A model generated the notes under the pieces. It had not been told where the DNA came from and made no database searches. It saw only the letters and a list, made by a program, of their open reading frames with translations. Position numbers and translations under genes: made by a program. DNA of 63,973 bases, filler included, from Stramenopiles sp. TOSAG23-2 (Eukaryota): assembly GCA_900128395.1 (NCBI GenBank). It is 5 parts of 5 records of this genome, joined end to end, with 100 filler letters (N's around TTAATTAATTAA, not from the genome) between each part and the next. Parts side by side here need not be neighbours in the genome. Positions count along the whole stretch, not along the records: positions 29,508 to 58,835 come from LT649390.1; positions 58,936 to 60,548 come from LT652603.1; positions 60,649 to 62,261 come from LT652604.1; positions 62,362 to 63,973 come from LT652605.1; 1 more part is not named here. One strand, given 5' to 3'. Numbering within the stretch: the first letter of the stretch is position 1; each line of letters begins with the position of its first letter. Shown one piece after another: positions 54,272 to 63,973 of this stretch.

Positions 54272-57073
54272 TTATTTCTTTTTCATGTCTCTACTATTAG
54301 TATTATTGCTGCTACTATTATTAATAAACGTTAACGTAGGATCGCGCTCTTCCAATTTTCTCAAAATATTTTCCCCTATACTATCCCTATTTTGGTACAC
54401 TTCATGTTTCAACCGTTTACTTGAATTAATCAAATCAATGCATGTATGAAATAATGATTTTGGTCTGGATGTACCTGTCAATAAAATAGTAGAAGCATTA
54501 CCACATGCTACATCAAGTCCTTTCATGTTGTTAGTACGTGTAAATTCTAGCAATTTGGGATGGTAACAATCATTGAAATCTCGTCCATGACCAAGTTGTC
54601 CAGAATCGCCACTTCCCATGGTGTATATATCGCCATTCGTACATAATATTGCTGTATGTTCCCCACCACAAGATATCGATGCAACCTGTTTGCCACTTAA
54701 ACTTTCTATTTTTCTAAATTCAGGACAAAATTCATGTCCTCTTTCATTTATAGGAAAATTTTGTGGATCCCCAAGTCCTAGCTGCCCTTTCACATGTCGG
54801 CCACAAATATATACCGCACCATCTTTTGTAACAACTGCACTATGTCCCCAGCCCGCGACAACTTTTGTAATTTCTAAACCTTTTAAGCTCCGGACGAGTG
54901 AAGGTATAGGGGAGTATGATGCACCCTCGGCATTAATACGACCTACACGGCTACTACGGCGAACGGATCTTCGAGAAGAAGAAACTCTCCTTACTGTATG
55001 ATCATTCTGATTATCATTATTATCGTTAGTATCATCATTACGTGTAATAGATACTCGATAATCATCTTCAACATTATTATTGCGAGTTTCACTATTATCA
55101 TTATCTCCTTGCTCTTCTTCTTCTTCTTGTGCGTCATCATCGTTGCCATTTCCTTCCATCTCTTCTACTTTACCACCACCACCTTCTTCCTCTTCACCAT
55201 TACCATCGATATCATTGCCAAAATCCTCCTCTTCGTCGTCTTCATCGTACATTACCAATGGCCTTCCAAGTTGACCTACTCGATTATGACCCCAAGTATA
55301 TACAGAACCATCTTTACAAAGTGCAATAGTATGGTATCCACCAGGACCAACACCAACTTGTATGACTTTTTTTCCATGAAATTTTTGTATACGTTTTGGA
55401 TATAATACGTCTTGAGTTGTATTATGACCGGCATATTCAAACTTCCCAAAACTATATATCCAACCTTTTTTTGTTACGACACATGTATGGACGGATCCAG
55501 CAGAAACTTGCGTTATATGTACATTAGCAAGCCTTGGCACTTTTCTTGGTATATAATCATCTTTACTTGAACCATTCCCTAATCTCCCATTCAATCCAGT
55601 GCCAAATGTATACAATTCACCACTGGCAGATACACACGCACTAAATGCAAAACCACATGCTACTTGTATCATTTTTGTTTTAGCAAGTGAATCAATAAGT
55701 TTAGGTTTTTTTAACGTAGCAGTATTCCCGTGACCTAAACGCCCATATGAGCCTAATCCCCACGTAAATATTTGCCATTCTGATGTTAATACAGCTGCAT
55801 GTTGCCCACCACAGCAGATTTGTTTGACTTCGATTTGTGAAAATGGCGTGACTTTTAAATTAAACATAAATGACGTATTAATGGATGCAATACCATTATT
55901 GTTCTTGTAATCATTTCCAGACGGATCTCGCATTGAGTTACTATTGTAGATATTATTATTATTATTATTATTACTATTGCCACGTGGAGAATCATCTGTG
56001 TTGTTATTATTATTATTATTACTTCTTCTTTCAGATTCATCAACAATTGTTCCTAATATATATACACTCGTTCTTGGAGCTGTTATTTGTTGATAATTCG
56101 CAAAAAGTGCATTTCCAGATATACTAGGTCCAGAAAAAATATTTAGCGTTGATGCATTTAATGTATCCTTATCGTCGCCATGCAACCGGTTGCCTTGACG
56201 ATCAACATAATTGTCATCACCGTCATCACTGGATAAATGGTCATTATTGTCATCATCATCTTCCTCCTCCTCCTCTCGATTACTTCTTAAAACAAAATTA
56301 TCATATTCTGAAAAAATTGAATTACTATTTTGACGTCGCATAAAATTTGTAGCTTCATATGTTTGCAAATTTTTACTCTCAATTTTTTTTAATACGTTCC
56401 AAAATTTTTGCATATTTTCATTCGTTTGCTTTCCATATTCCAGTTCAAATGCATCTTTAAAATTTTCCATTCGTACATATGTTACATTAAAACCAAAATA
56501 TTTAGTGAAAAACAACTCTGTTAAAATATTATCTATTGTCACAGAACTGGAAAATGGTAATTCCATAGATGGTTCGTTATGTTCATCGCCCATAATATTT
56601 AATCCTCTCAATAGTCGTTCCTCTAAATTACATAAATCGCTTAGATAATATGTTTCCAAAAATTGTCCATAATAGTTATTTTTTCGATGAACATAATCAA
56701 ATGAAAGGGAAAGTAATGCTTTCAATACTGGTATTAATTTGACAATTATCATTTTTACTGGTTTAACTTTTCTTCGTATAATTTTTGCTTGATTGCATTC
56801 AGCCAAGCGCTCCAGAATCAAAGCATTTGCCAATGCAATTCGTGCTAACGCTGAGTTATTTCTTCTTCGTAATAATTTCTGTAATTGAACATTAATTTTT
56901 GATGATAGTCGTATTGCATTTTGTAACATAAATATAAACGATTGAATATTATTCGAGTTGGATGAGGATATGACGTTTTTTTGGATATTACCATCGGAAG
57001 AATTTGATGTTGGACGAGGATTATATGTATCAAAAGATAAATCCATAGTAGTTTCTTCCGTCGTCGCATCCAT
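54272..57073 (-). CDS. RCC1-repeat beta-propeller protein (HERC/UVR8-like) with helical N-terminus and an acidic insertion
   Basis: Repeated ICCGGQH, VACGFAFS, VSAGSVHT, WG..GRLGHG and GQLGLG blades. Confidence 0.9.
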   Translation of the reverse strand: MDATTEETTMDLSFDTYNPRPTSNSSDGNIQKNVISSSNSNNIQSFIFMLQNAIRLSSKINVQLQKLLRRRNNSALARIALANALILERLAECNQAKIIRRKVKPVKMIIVKLIPVLKALLSLSFDYVHRKNNYYGQFLETYYLSDLCNLEERLLRGLNIMGDEHNEPSMELPFSSSVTIDNILTELFFTKYFGFNVTYVRMENFKDAFELEYGKQTNENMQKFWNVLKKIESKNLQTYEATNFMRRQNSNSIFSEYDNFVLRSNREEEEEDDDDNNDHLSSDDGDDNYVDRQGNRLHGDDKDTLNASTLNIFSGPSISGNALFANYQQITAPRTSVYILGTIVDESERRSNNNNNNNTDDSPRGNSNNNNNNNIYNSNSMRDPSGNDYKNNNGIASINTSFMFNLKVTPFSQIEVKQICCGGQHAAVLTSEWQIFTWGLGSYGRLGHGNTATLKKPKLIDSLAKTKMIQVACGFAFSACVSASGELYTFGTGLNGRLGNGSSKDDYIPRKVPRLANVHITQVSAGSVHTCVVTKKGWIYSFGKFEYAGHNTTQDVLYPKRIQKFHGKKVIQVGVGPGGYHTIALCKDGSVYTWGHNRVGQLGRPLVMYDEDDEEEDFGNDIDGNGEEEEGGGGKVEEMEGNGNDDDAQEEEEEQGDNDNSETRNNNVEDDYRVSITRNDDTNDNNDNQNDHTVRRVSSSRRSVRRSSRVGRINAEGASYSPIPSLVRSLKGLEITKVVAGWGHSAVVTKDGAVYICGRHVKGQLGLGDPQNFPINERGHEFCPEFRKIESLSGKQVASISCGGEHTAILCTNGDIYTMGSGDSGQLGHGRDFNDCYHPKLLEFTRTNNMKGLDVACGNASTILLTGTSRPKSLFHTCIDLINSSKRLKHEVYQNRDSIGENILRKLEERDPTLTFINNSSSNNTNSRDMKKK

Positions 57074-57180
57074 GATACGGTTAAAAATGTCCTATACTAT
57101 ACTTTTTCTCTGTTATTAAGATAATAATGAAGAAGCAATGGTTACGATAATGTATCAAAAGTAAGATGTTTATTATAGAT

Positions 57181-57433
57181 AGTCGTCATGCCATATATAT
57201 CCCCCTTCCATCACTTTTAATATAATAATATCTATATTTCTATTTTTAACTATATACTTCGTGTTACATGTATGTATTATGATGTGAAAAAAAAAATGTA
57301 ATAGTAGTAAGTCGTCATGCCATATATATCCCCCTTCCATCACTTTTAATATAATAATATCTATTTTTAACTATATACACTTCTTCGTGTTACATGTATG
57401 GTCTATGATGTGTAAAAAAAAATGTAATAGTAG
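57181..57433. repeat. Imperfect tandem duplication, unit about 130 bp
   Basis: agtcgtcatgccatatatatcccccttccatc... at 57181 and 57310, with indels and substitutions. Confidence 0.8.
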
Positions 57434-57559
57434 TATATGTACCTGGTAGACTACTAATAGAAGTAGCTCTAATAATAATCAGGGGAATAGTAAATAAAAG
57501 AGTGAATCGCATAGTGCTGTGTTAATGTTATTTTCTAAAAGCTAATGTTATGTTGATGT

Positions 57560-58800
57560 TAATCAGGATTTTGCTTCATGCTTTTCAGTAGCCCATTGCA
57601 ATACCACCATAGCAATACTCTAATGGTGATATCATTGTTCTTCAGCTGCTTTGTGTTCTATATAAGTATAAAATATAAATTCATATCATATGAAAGTGTA
57701 CTGTGGAAGTGCAGATGCACAACCTTGCACCCCTTTTCCACAATCATAAGATATAAATTATATTTTATACTTTCTATGTTGAGGGTACTTATTTTTACTC
57801 CTGTTAACTTTCACAGAATCTGCTTTACCCAAATTGTTTTTGAAGTCTTCTTGTTATTTAATTTATACCTATCTTCAAAAGGTACCTATATCCATGGTAT
57901 AACATCTTTTTCCTTTCATCTAATTTTCACTGTAATTTCACTTTTATTTCAGGTGTTGTACCATAAAGTACAGATGCATCTTTTTCTTTATCTTGCATAT
58001 TTGCTATTTCTTCTTCAGTTATAGCTGCTACACCTACACACAATTGCCATTAAAATTAAGAGATAACGCATCATGTAATAATATAATCGAATTATTGAAT
58101 AATGGAATTAAGAAACTGAGTTTGAAAATGGATAATGGGGATGAGTTTGCATATAGCAAAACCCAGAGATCGTTGGTACCTATCGATTCACTGCAATATG
58201 AACATATTACTAATGTCATAGTACCAAAACAACAGCAAATGTGGAATGAAATAGACAAAGGTACTGGGCAATGACAAATGGAATAAATAATGGTACATCA
58301 AAAACGGACAAACTAAATGCGGTTATAAATGAAATGCAAGATGATACAAATGATTGGTTGTACCAATTCCACAACTACTTGGTAACAGGTATGGAACACT
58401 AAAGGAACTAAGTGCTTCAAATGGTTGGGAGAATGAAACAAAAATGTTTCATTTATCGCAACGGTTGAAGGATCATAAAAATGCAAATTGTGTTGTACAA
58501 GCAAGAGGAAGAAATGGACATGCAACAACAATTGTGTATGGCATTCCAGAGGTACAAGATTCTTACAAGGTTGTACAATTGGCAACAATGTCAGTGCCGT
58601 GCAGCACCGTATTGGAGAAGAATATAGATTATGACGTGTATGCGGTACCTTCTTTGGTATCGCCTTTTCAATATTCACTATCACTTTCTTAATAATCACT
58701 CGAACTTTTAATATGTTCAAGGATAAACTATGGAGCAACAACAAAAATAATAATAATAATCATGTCCTGTAACTGGCAGGATAAGAAAGATCCGGGACCT
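57560..58800. pseudogene. Decayed coding-like island (broken ORFs on both strands) at contig end
   Basis: Plus-strand fragments 58025-58692 and a minus-strand fragment AITEEEIANMQDKEKDASVLYGTTPEIKVKLQ*KLDER, interrupted by stops and frameshifts. Confidence 0.35.
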
Positions 58801-58835
58801 TCTCACACATTTTCATGTTCACAATTAGGGTGTGT

Positions 58836-58935
58836 NNNNNNNNNNNNNNNNNNNNNNNNNNNNNNNNNNNNNNNNNNNNTTAATTAATTAANNNNNNNNN
58901 NNNNNNNNNNNNNNNNNNNNNNNNNNNNNNNNNNN
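58836..58935. other. Artificial contig linker
   Basis: N/TTAATTAATTAA/N, 100 nt. Confidence 0.98.
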
Positions 58936-60548
58936 TTGGATCAGTCCAGCGTGTTGACATTTGCCATCCTACATACAATTTTTCCATATTTATGTGTGAA
59001 GGTTGTTGTTATAAAATGTTTATTATTATTATTATTATACGTGTGTATAAATTATATTTAATATATATGTGTGTGTATTATATATATATCGTTAAGAGAA
59101 TATTATGATCTAAATTGCGCGGTTGGATGAATGAATGGATAGTTATTATTCTTAAATCTCCTTGCAAATATATATGTAATGACTCTGTGTTAACTGTATC
59201 CGGTTCTGCTTACACTTCTTTTATTCTTACGTATAAACAACTTATATATTTGTACACCCTTCATTTTTTAAGGTGTTTAAATAAATAATATATATATAGA
59301 GATATCATTGCCAATACCTGAACAATTACTAAAAATACAGATAAAGAAATATTTATATTTAAAATATCCATATTTTAAATATTGTGTATCATCAAATTAT
59401 ATTAAATATATTTATATTATGATATTATCTATAAACGTAATAAATAACTGCATATTTCCATTTTGTTTTTTATGAATTTCTTCTTTTTCTTCTATTTACA
59501 AAATGATACATTATAATATATTATATATCCGGAATGGTGACGTTATTTTCATAATTATCCTTAATTGGAACCAAGCACCATCTTTTTCTTATCGCAGTCC
59601 ATCGTTCAAGAAGAATGCATATAATAAAACGACTGGTTTTTGTGGCTGTCTGTTACGTTATACTAAAAAGAGTACGCATGATATTCCCTATCAATACTCC
59701 ACCCAACCAGAAAATCGTGTCTAGTCTCCATTCCTAATGGTATGCAATGCTATTTGTATTTGGGGAAATGATCCGAAATGGGATCGGCTTGAAGCGTGGG
59801 CAACAGGTTTGCTGGTTTGGTTTGCACCTTTTGTCCACAGATTGTGGACTTACTTGTAAATACCAGCTATTTACATCTGGGAGATGTAAAATACAGTCGT
59901 CTAATAATTTCATACTATACGGAGTGTGCCATACCACCAGTGGTATGCCATTATTTGAGCCACTATTATGTATTAAAGGTCTACATACCACTGCTGGTAC
60001 TGCATACTGGGATACTTTAATATACTACTATACTGCTGCAATTGGAAAAATTTCTGTGTGGCGTGGCCAAAAGGCCTAAAATTTCAATACAGTAATAAGG
60101 TTGATATGTTGATACAGTATTCTAATTTCCCTTTTTTAAGTATAAATTATTGGTCATAGAATAATTATATATATTTATATACTACCAACTACAATATCCT
60201 GTCCATTTACAGTATGTTACCGAAATATCTTCAATCTATAATTATTGTACTACTCATTTGATAGGTAGAATCGAAATATGTCCGCAACTATTGAAAAATG
60301 AAGAATGAATTAATTAATTAATTTATTGTGTCAATAATAATTGCAAGCTGACAACTGACTACGGGGAAGAAGGAGATTACAGAGATTGTTCTTTGTAACA
60401 TACAGTTTGTATAAGAATTTTAAACGAAGCATATTGTCTCATAATTACATATATATTATAATAACAAATAATAATTAATAGAATCATTCAAAGGTAATGG
60501 CATTAAGACAAGATGGATTTGGAAAATCCAATCGTATTATGCCAAAAG

Positions 60549-60648
60549 NNNNNNNNNNNNNNNNNNNNNNNNNNNNNNNNNNNNNNNNNNNNTTAATTAA
60601 TTAANNNNNNNNNNNNNNNNNNNNNNNNNNNNNNNNNNNNNNNNNNNN
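60549..60648. other. Artificial contig linker
   Basis: N/TTAATTAATTAA/N, 100 nt. Confidence 0.98.
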
Positions 60649-62261
60649 CGTGAGTTTTTAATAGATAAATCATTTTGTTTTTCCTTTGTTTTACCAAGTT
60701 GCAGAATTAATTCTTTAATTTGTTTCTCTTGTTTTTCTAATTGTGCTTTACTAAGTGTATCCCCTGTACCTACACATTCAGTTTTCTCTTCGTTACTATT
60801 CATATTTGTTGGGCACTTTGTACATTCAGCATTGATACCACCTTTACTAACATGAAAGTCTGGGCATTCTTGGCAAATTTTTGGACCACATATACAAGTA
60901 TGTGATTTTGAACATTGTGGCGAAGTTGACTGTTGTTCACGTGTGTTGAAAAAATATTTGTTTTTTTCAGAATAACATCCAGGTGGAGCGTTTGGATCAT
61001 CTTCTTTTACTCCATGAAAACCTAAATTGTCGTCAAAACCGCTATGCATATTGAATTCTGCTGCTTCTTTACAAGCGCTTGCAGATTTTATATAAAACTT
61101 ACACTTGCCATTTGTACGGATATTTTTTGTATCAAATTGATAAAATCCACTTCCGGGTTTACATTTTGATGCATCTTTTTCAATAGTACATGAATCTTTT
61201 GAATTTGCTGGTAAATTTAAAAATGTATATGGTTTCACAGCTTCGCATTTTTTGCATTGGATGTTTTTACCACCTGGACTGTAATGATTTTTATCGCATT
61301 TTTTGCATTCAATTTTGGTATTGATACCATCGCCATTTGTTACACCTTCCCCAGGACCACATTTTAAATCTGTCGGTGGTACTGGATTACACGCATTTTC
61401 TGATGTTTGCCCATCTAAGAAATTCGTGGTTGGTTTCTTTTTTGGGCAATTTTGACACTTTGAATATCCATCACCATATGTATTTATTGGGCATGTATGG
61501 CATTGTTTATCATTTCCTTCTTCTTCACCTGCTCCACATTTAATTGCATTTGGTATTTTGGTACATGAATCAAATGATGTTTGATCATTTACAAATGTGT
61601 ATTGCTTATCTGATGGGCATTTCCTACACTTTTTGTCTCGGCCGCCTGAACTATAATGTTTTTCTGGGCATTTCACACATTTTTTTTCTGTAGTAATACC
61701 ATCTCCATCATTAATTCCGAAACCAGCATCGCATTCTAAGTCTGTTGAAAAGCACTCCGACTGTCTGTCTTTAAATCTCGTTGTTGGAGTATGCACTGGG
61801 CATTTTTGACATTTGACATTGACGCCACCTTTACTGAAAAAATTCTGCTTACACGGACGACATGATTTTCTTGTGTTTATAGCATCACCTTCATCAATTT
61901 CTTCTCCTGGTGCACACTCTAAATCTGTTGACTGGCACTCCGTTTGTCCTGGTTTAAAATTTGTTGTTAATTTATTTCCTGAACATGGTAGACATTTTGA
62001 GTTTCCACCTTCACTGTATGTATTGATTGGGCAAATATCGCATATGAATTTTTGAAGTACTTTGTTGCATATACATTTATAATCATCACTACATTTTCCT
62101 GTTGCTTTTGTGTCTTTATTCCAATAATATGTCTTCCAACCAACACTACTATAATAAAAACATCCAGGTGGATAACCCGAATAACTCGTTCGGCCTCCAA
62201 ATCCTACATTTTTATCAATATTATTCTTACTATTATATTCAGCTGCTAATTTACATTCTGA
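60649..62261 (-). CDS. Internal fragment of a large Cys-rich surface protein (GCC2/GCC3 or ephrin-receptor-like CxxC repeats plus ECK.AA...PPGC modules)
   Basis: One frame reads open across the whole contig (SECKLAAEY..PPGCFYY..KCIC..CDICPINTYSEGG..CKKC), in frame with the listed ORF starting at 61796. Both ends are truncated. Confidence 0.85.
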
Positions 62262-62361
62262 NNNNNNNNNNNNNNNNNNNNNNNNNNNNNNNNNNNNNNN
62301 NNNNNTTAATTAATTAANNNNNNNNNNNNNNNNNNNNNNNNNNNNNNNNNNNNNNNNNNNN
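62262..62361. other. Artificial contig linker
   Basis: N/TTAATTAATTAA/N, 100 nt. Confidence 0.98.
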
Positions 62362-62581
62362 CCATAATCATGCCTGACATTACAATCTACATCTACTCCA
62401 TTCTTTACTATATCGCATGCCAAATCTTCATCATATAAAGATGTTACATATATAATAAGTGGCAAACCTTTTATTGTTTTCTCTTTCAAACTGACTTGAT
62501 CATATATACTTACTCGTTATAAAATTTTATATACATCTTTTTATTATTATTATTTGTATTATTCTAAGTTTTTCTATCACA

Positions 62582-63626
62582 CACATATACCTATTATTAG
62601 AATTATACCAAAATAGATGTACAAATTGGATTTCACGACTTGAAAAAAGTACAACCTTTACTATTTATACCATTGTAATGGTATACACTGCTAATGAAAG
62701 TATCCATGAAAATATCATTGGAAAATAAAAACCAAGAACGAAAAAGCCACGTATTCTAATTGGCCCTTAAGGTATAATTATGGTCATTTGATAGGCGGAA
62801 ATAGATTCTTGTGGTAAATGGTTGTTTATTTCTTGATTTCCGGATATATTTAATAATACTTAATATTTTATCATATAGGTACATCGTATATCACTGGTAT
62901 CTAAGTCCATTATTTATTCTACCAATCAAATTGCAGCATTATTAGTTGCAGACGATATTCCTCCTATGAAAGTGCCTTGTCAATTATGTTTTTTTAATTA
63001 AATTTTAAAAAAAATTTCCATTTTCTAAAATTTTTTTCATATTTTTTTGTCATTTTTTAAAAAAATTGTAAGGTTTTAATTTACGATATGGAAATAGGAT
63101 AGATTTTATTTTGTTAAGGTATAATTATTTTTCAAACTTATAAAAAAGTTGTCTGAAAAATTTAAAAAAAAAAATGAAAAAAAATGAAAAAAAAAAAAAG
63201 CAAATGGAATCCATTTGCTTTTTTTCTCTTTTGTACTAATAAGAATACGATATATTTTTGTGGTTTATTGAATTTATTATATTTATTTATTTTTTCAACT
63301 ATTTCTGTATTTTGATATCAAAAATAAAATTATATTCACATATACCTATTATTAGAATTATACCCAAATAGATGTACAAATTGGATTTCACGACTTGAAA
63401 AAAGTACAACCGTTACTACATATACAATTGTAATGGTATACACTGCTAATGAAAGTATCCATGAAAATATCATTGGAAAATAAAAACCAAGAACGAAAAA
63501 GCCACGTATTCTAATTGGTCCTTAAGGTATAATTATGGTCATTTGATAGGGGGAAATAGATTCTTGTGGTAAATGGTTGTTTATTTCTTGATTTCCGGAT
63601 ATATTTAATAATACTTAATATTTTAT
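62582..63626. repeat. Two ~290-bp near-identical direct repeats (62582-62871 and 63337-63626) around an AT-rich spacer
   Basis: cacatatacctattattagaattatacc...taatacttaatattttat appears twice with a few substitutions. Confidence 0.9.
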
Positions 63627-63973
63627 TGCTTTTTGTGTTCAAACATGTAACTTAGCACAGTCATTTTCCAGAATTGGAAATCAACATGATGCTGTATATA
63701 ATTTGGATATATAACCACTTTCTTGCGGTAATTTATATATCTTAGTATTTTTTCTAATTTCTATCCACTTTCTTCTATGTTTTCTTATGTCGCCTTAATT
63801 ATAAAATAACACTATTTATAATTAAAATTTTCTTACATTTAGTACCAAATCCTCGGCAAAAATATAAACAACTTTTTTTAACACTAATAACAAAGCAAAA
63901 ATATGTAAAATTTGCACAATTTAAGTATGTAAAACACATTTTCTCTATTATCCCGATTTTAAAAAAAACCCTA

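Noticed and set aside
59503..60079. Overlapping short ORFs on the 1.6-kb third contig
   Set aside because: No frame gives a recognisable protein and all are interrupted. It may be a relic, but this cannot be supported.
58825..63973. Telomere-like words (ttaggg near 58825, aacccta at the window end)
   Set aside because: Single units only, with no tandem array.

Overview
AT-rich, intron-poor eukaryotic nuclear DNA from a unicellular protist. A heterotrophic stramenopile (MAST-like) is my inference from gene content and style, not something shown by the sequence. The window is five unrelated contigs (1-29407, 29508-58835, 58936-60548, 60649-62261, 62362-63973) joined by artificial 100-nt N/TTAATTAATTAA/N linkers, so no synteny can be read across them. 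About 25 protein genes are supported: nitronate monooxygenase, MAP65/PRC1, PEMT-SAP (frameshifted), Aha1-N, an Rtt106/SSRP1-like chaperone, CBS protein, spliced ACAD10-type phosphotransferase, tandem IolG, F-box/TPR, ADCY10-type STAND cyclase, W2-CobW fusion, HXXXD acyltransferase, ALS-like TPP enzyme, SDR, nuclear mitochondrial-type rps4, two large secreted proteins, MhpA-like monooxygenase, CNBD K+ channel, PhyH, RCC1 protein and a Cys-rich surface protein fragment. The most notable observations are: (1) an adjacent pair of secreted proteins with pore-former-like hydrophobic helices; (2) a nucleus-relocated, expanded rps4; (3) an eIF2B-epsilon-like W2 domain fused to a COG0523 zinc GTPase; (4) a 300-bp MITE with CACTATG ends; (5) two decayed gene islands, one with an AlkB-like relic; (6) recurring intergenic palindromes (TACGA-N2/3-TCGTA, TACCWGGTA); (7) several bacterial-type enzymes with PTS1-like tails. 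No rRNA, tRNA or CRISPR array was recognised.
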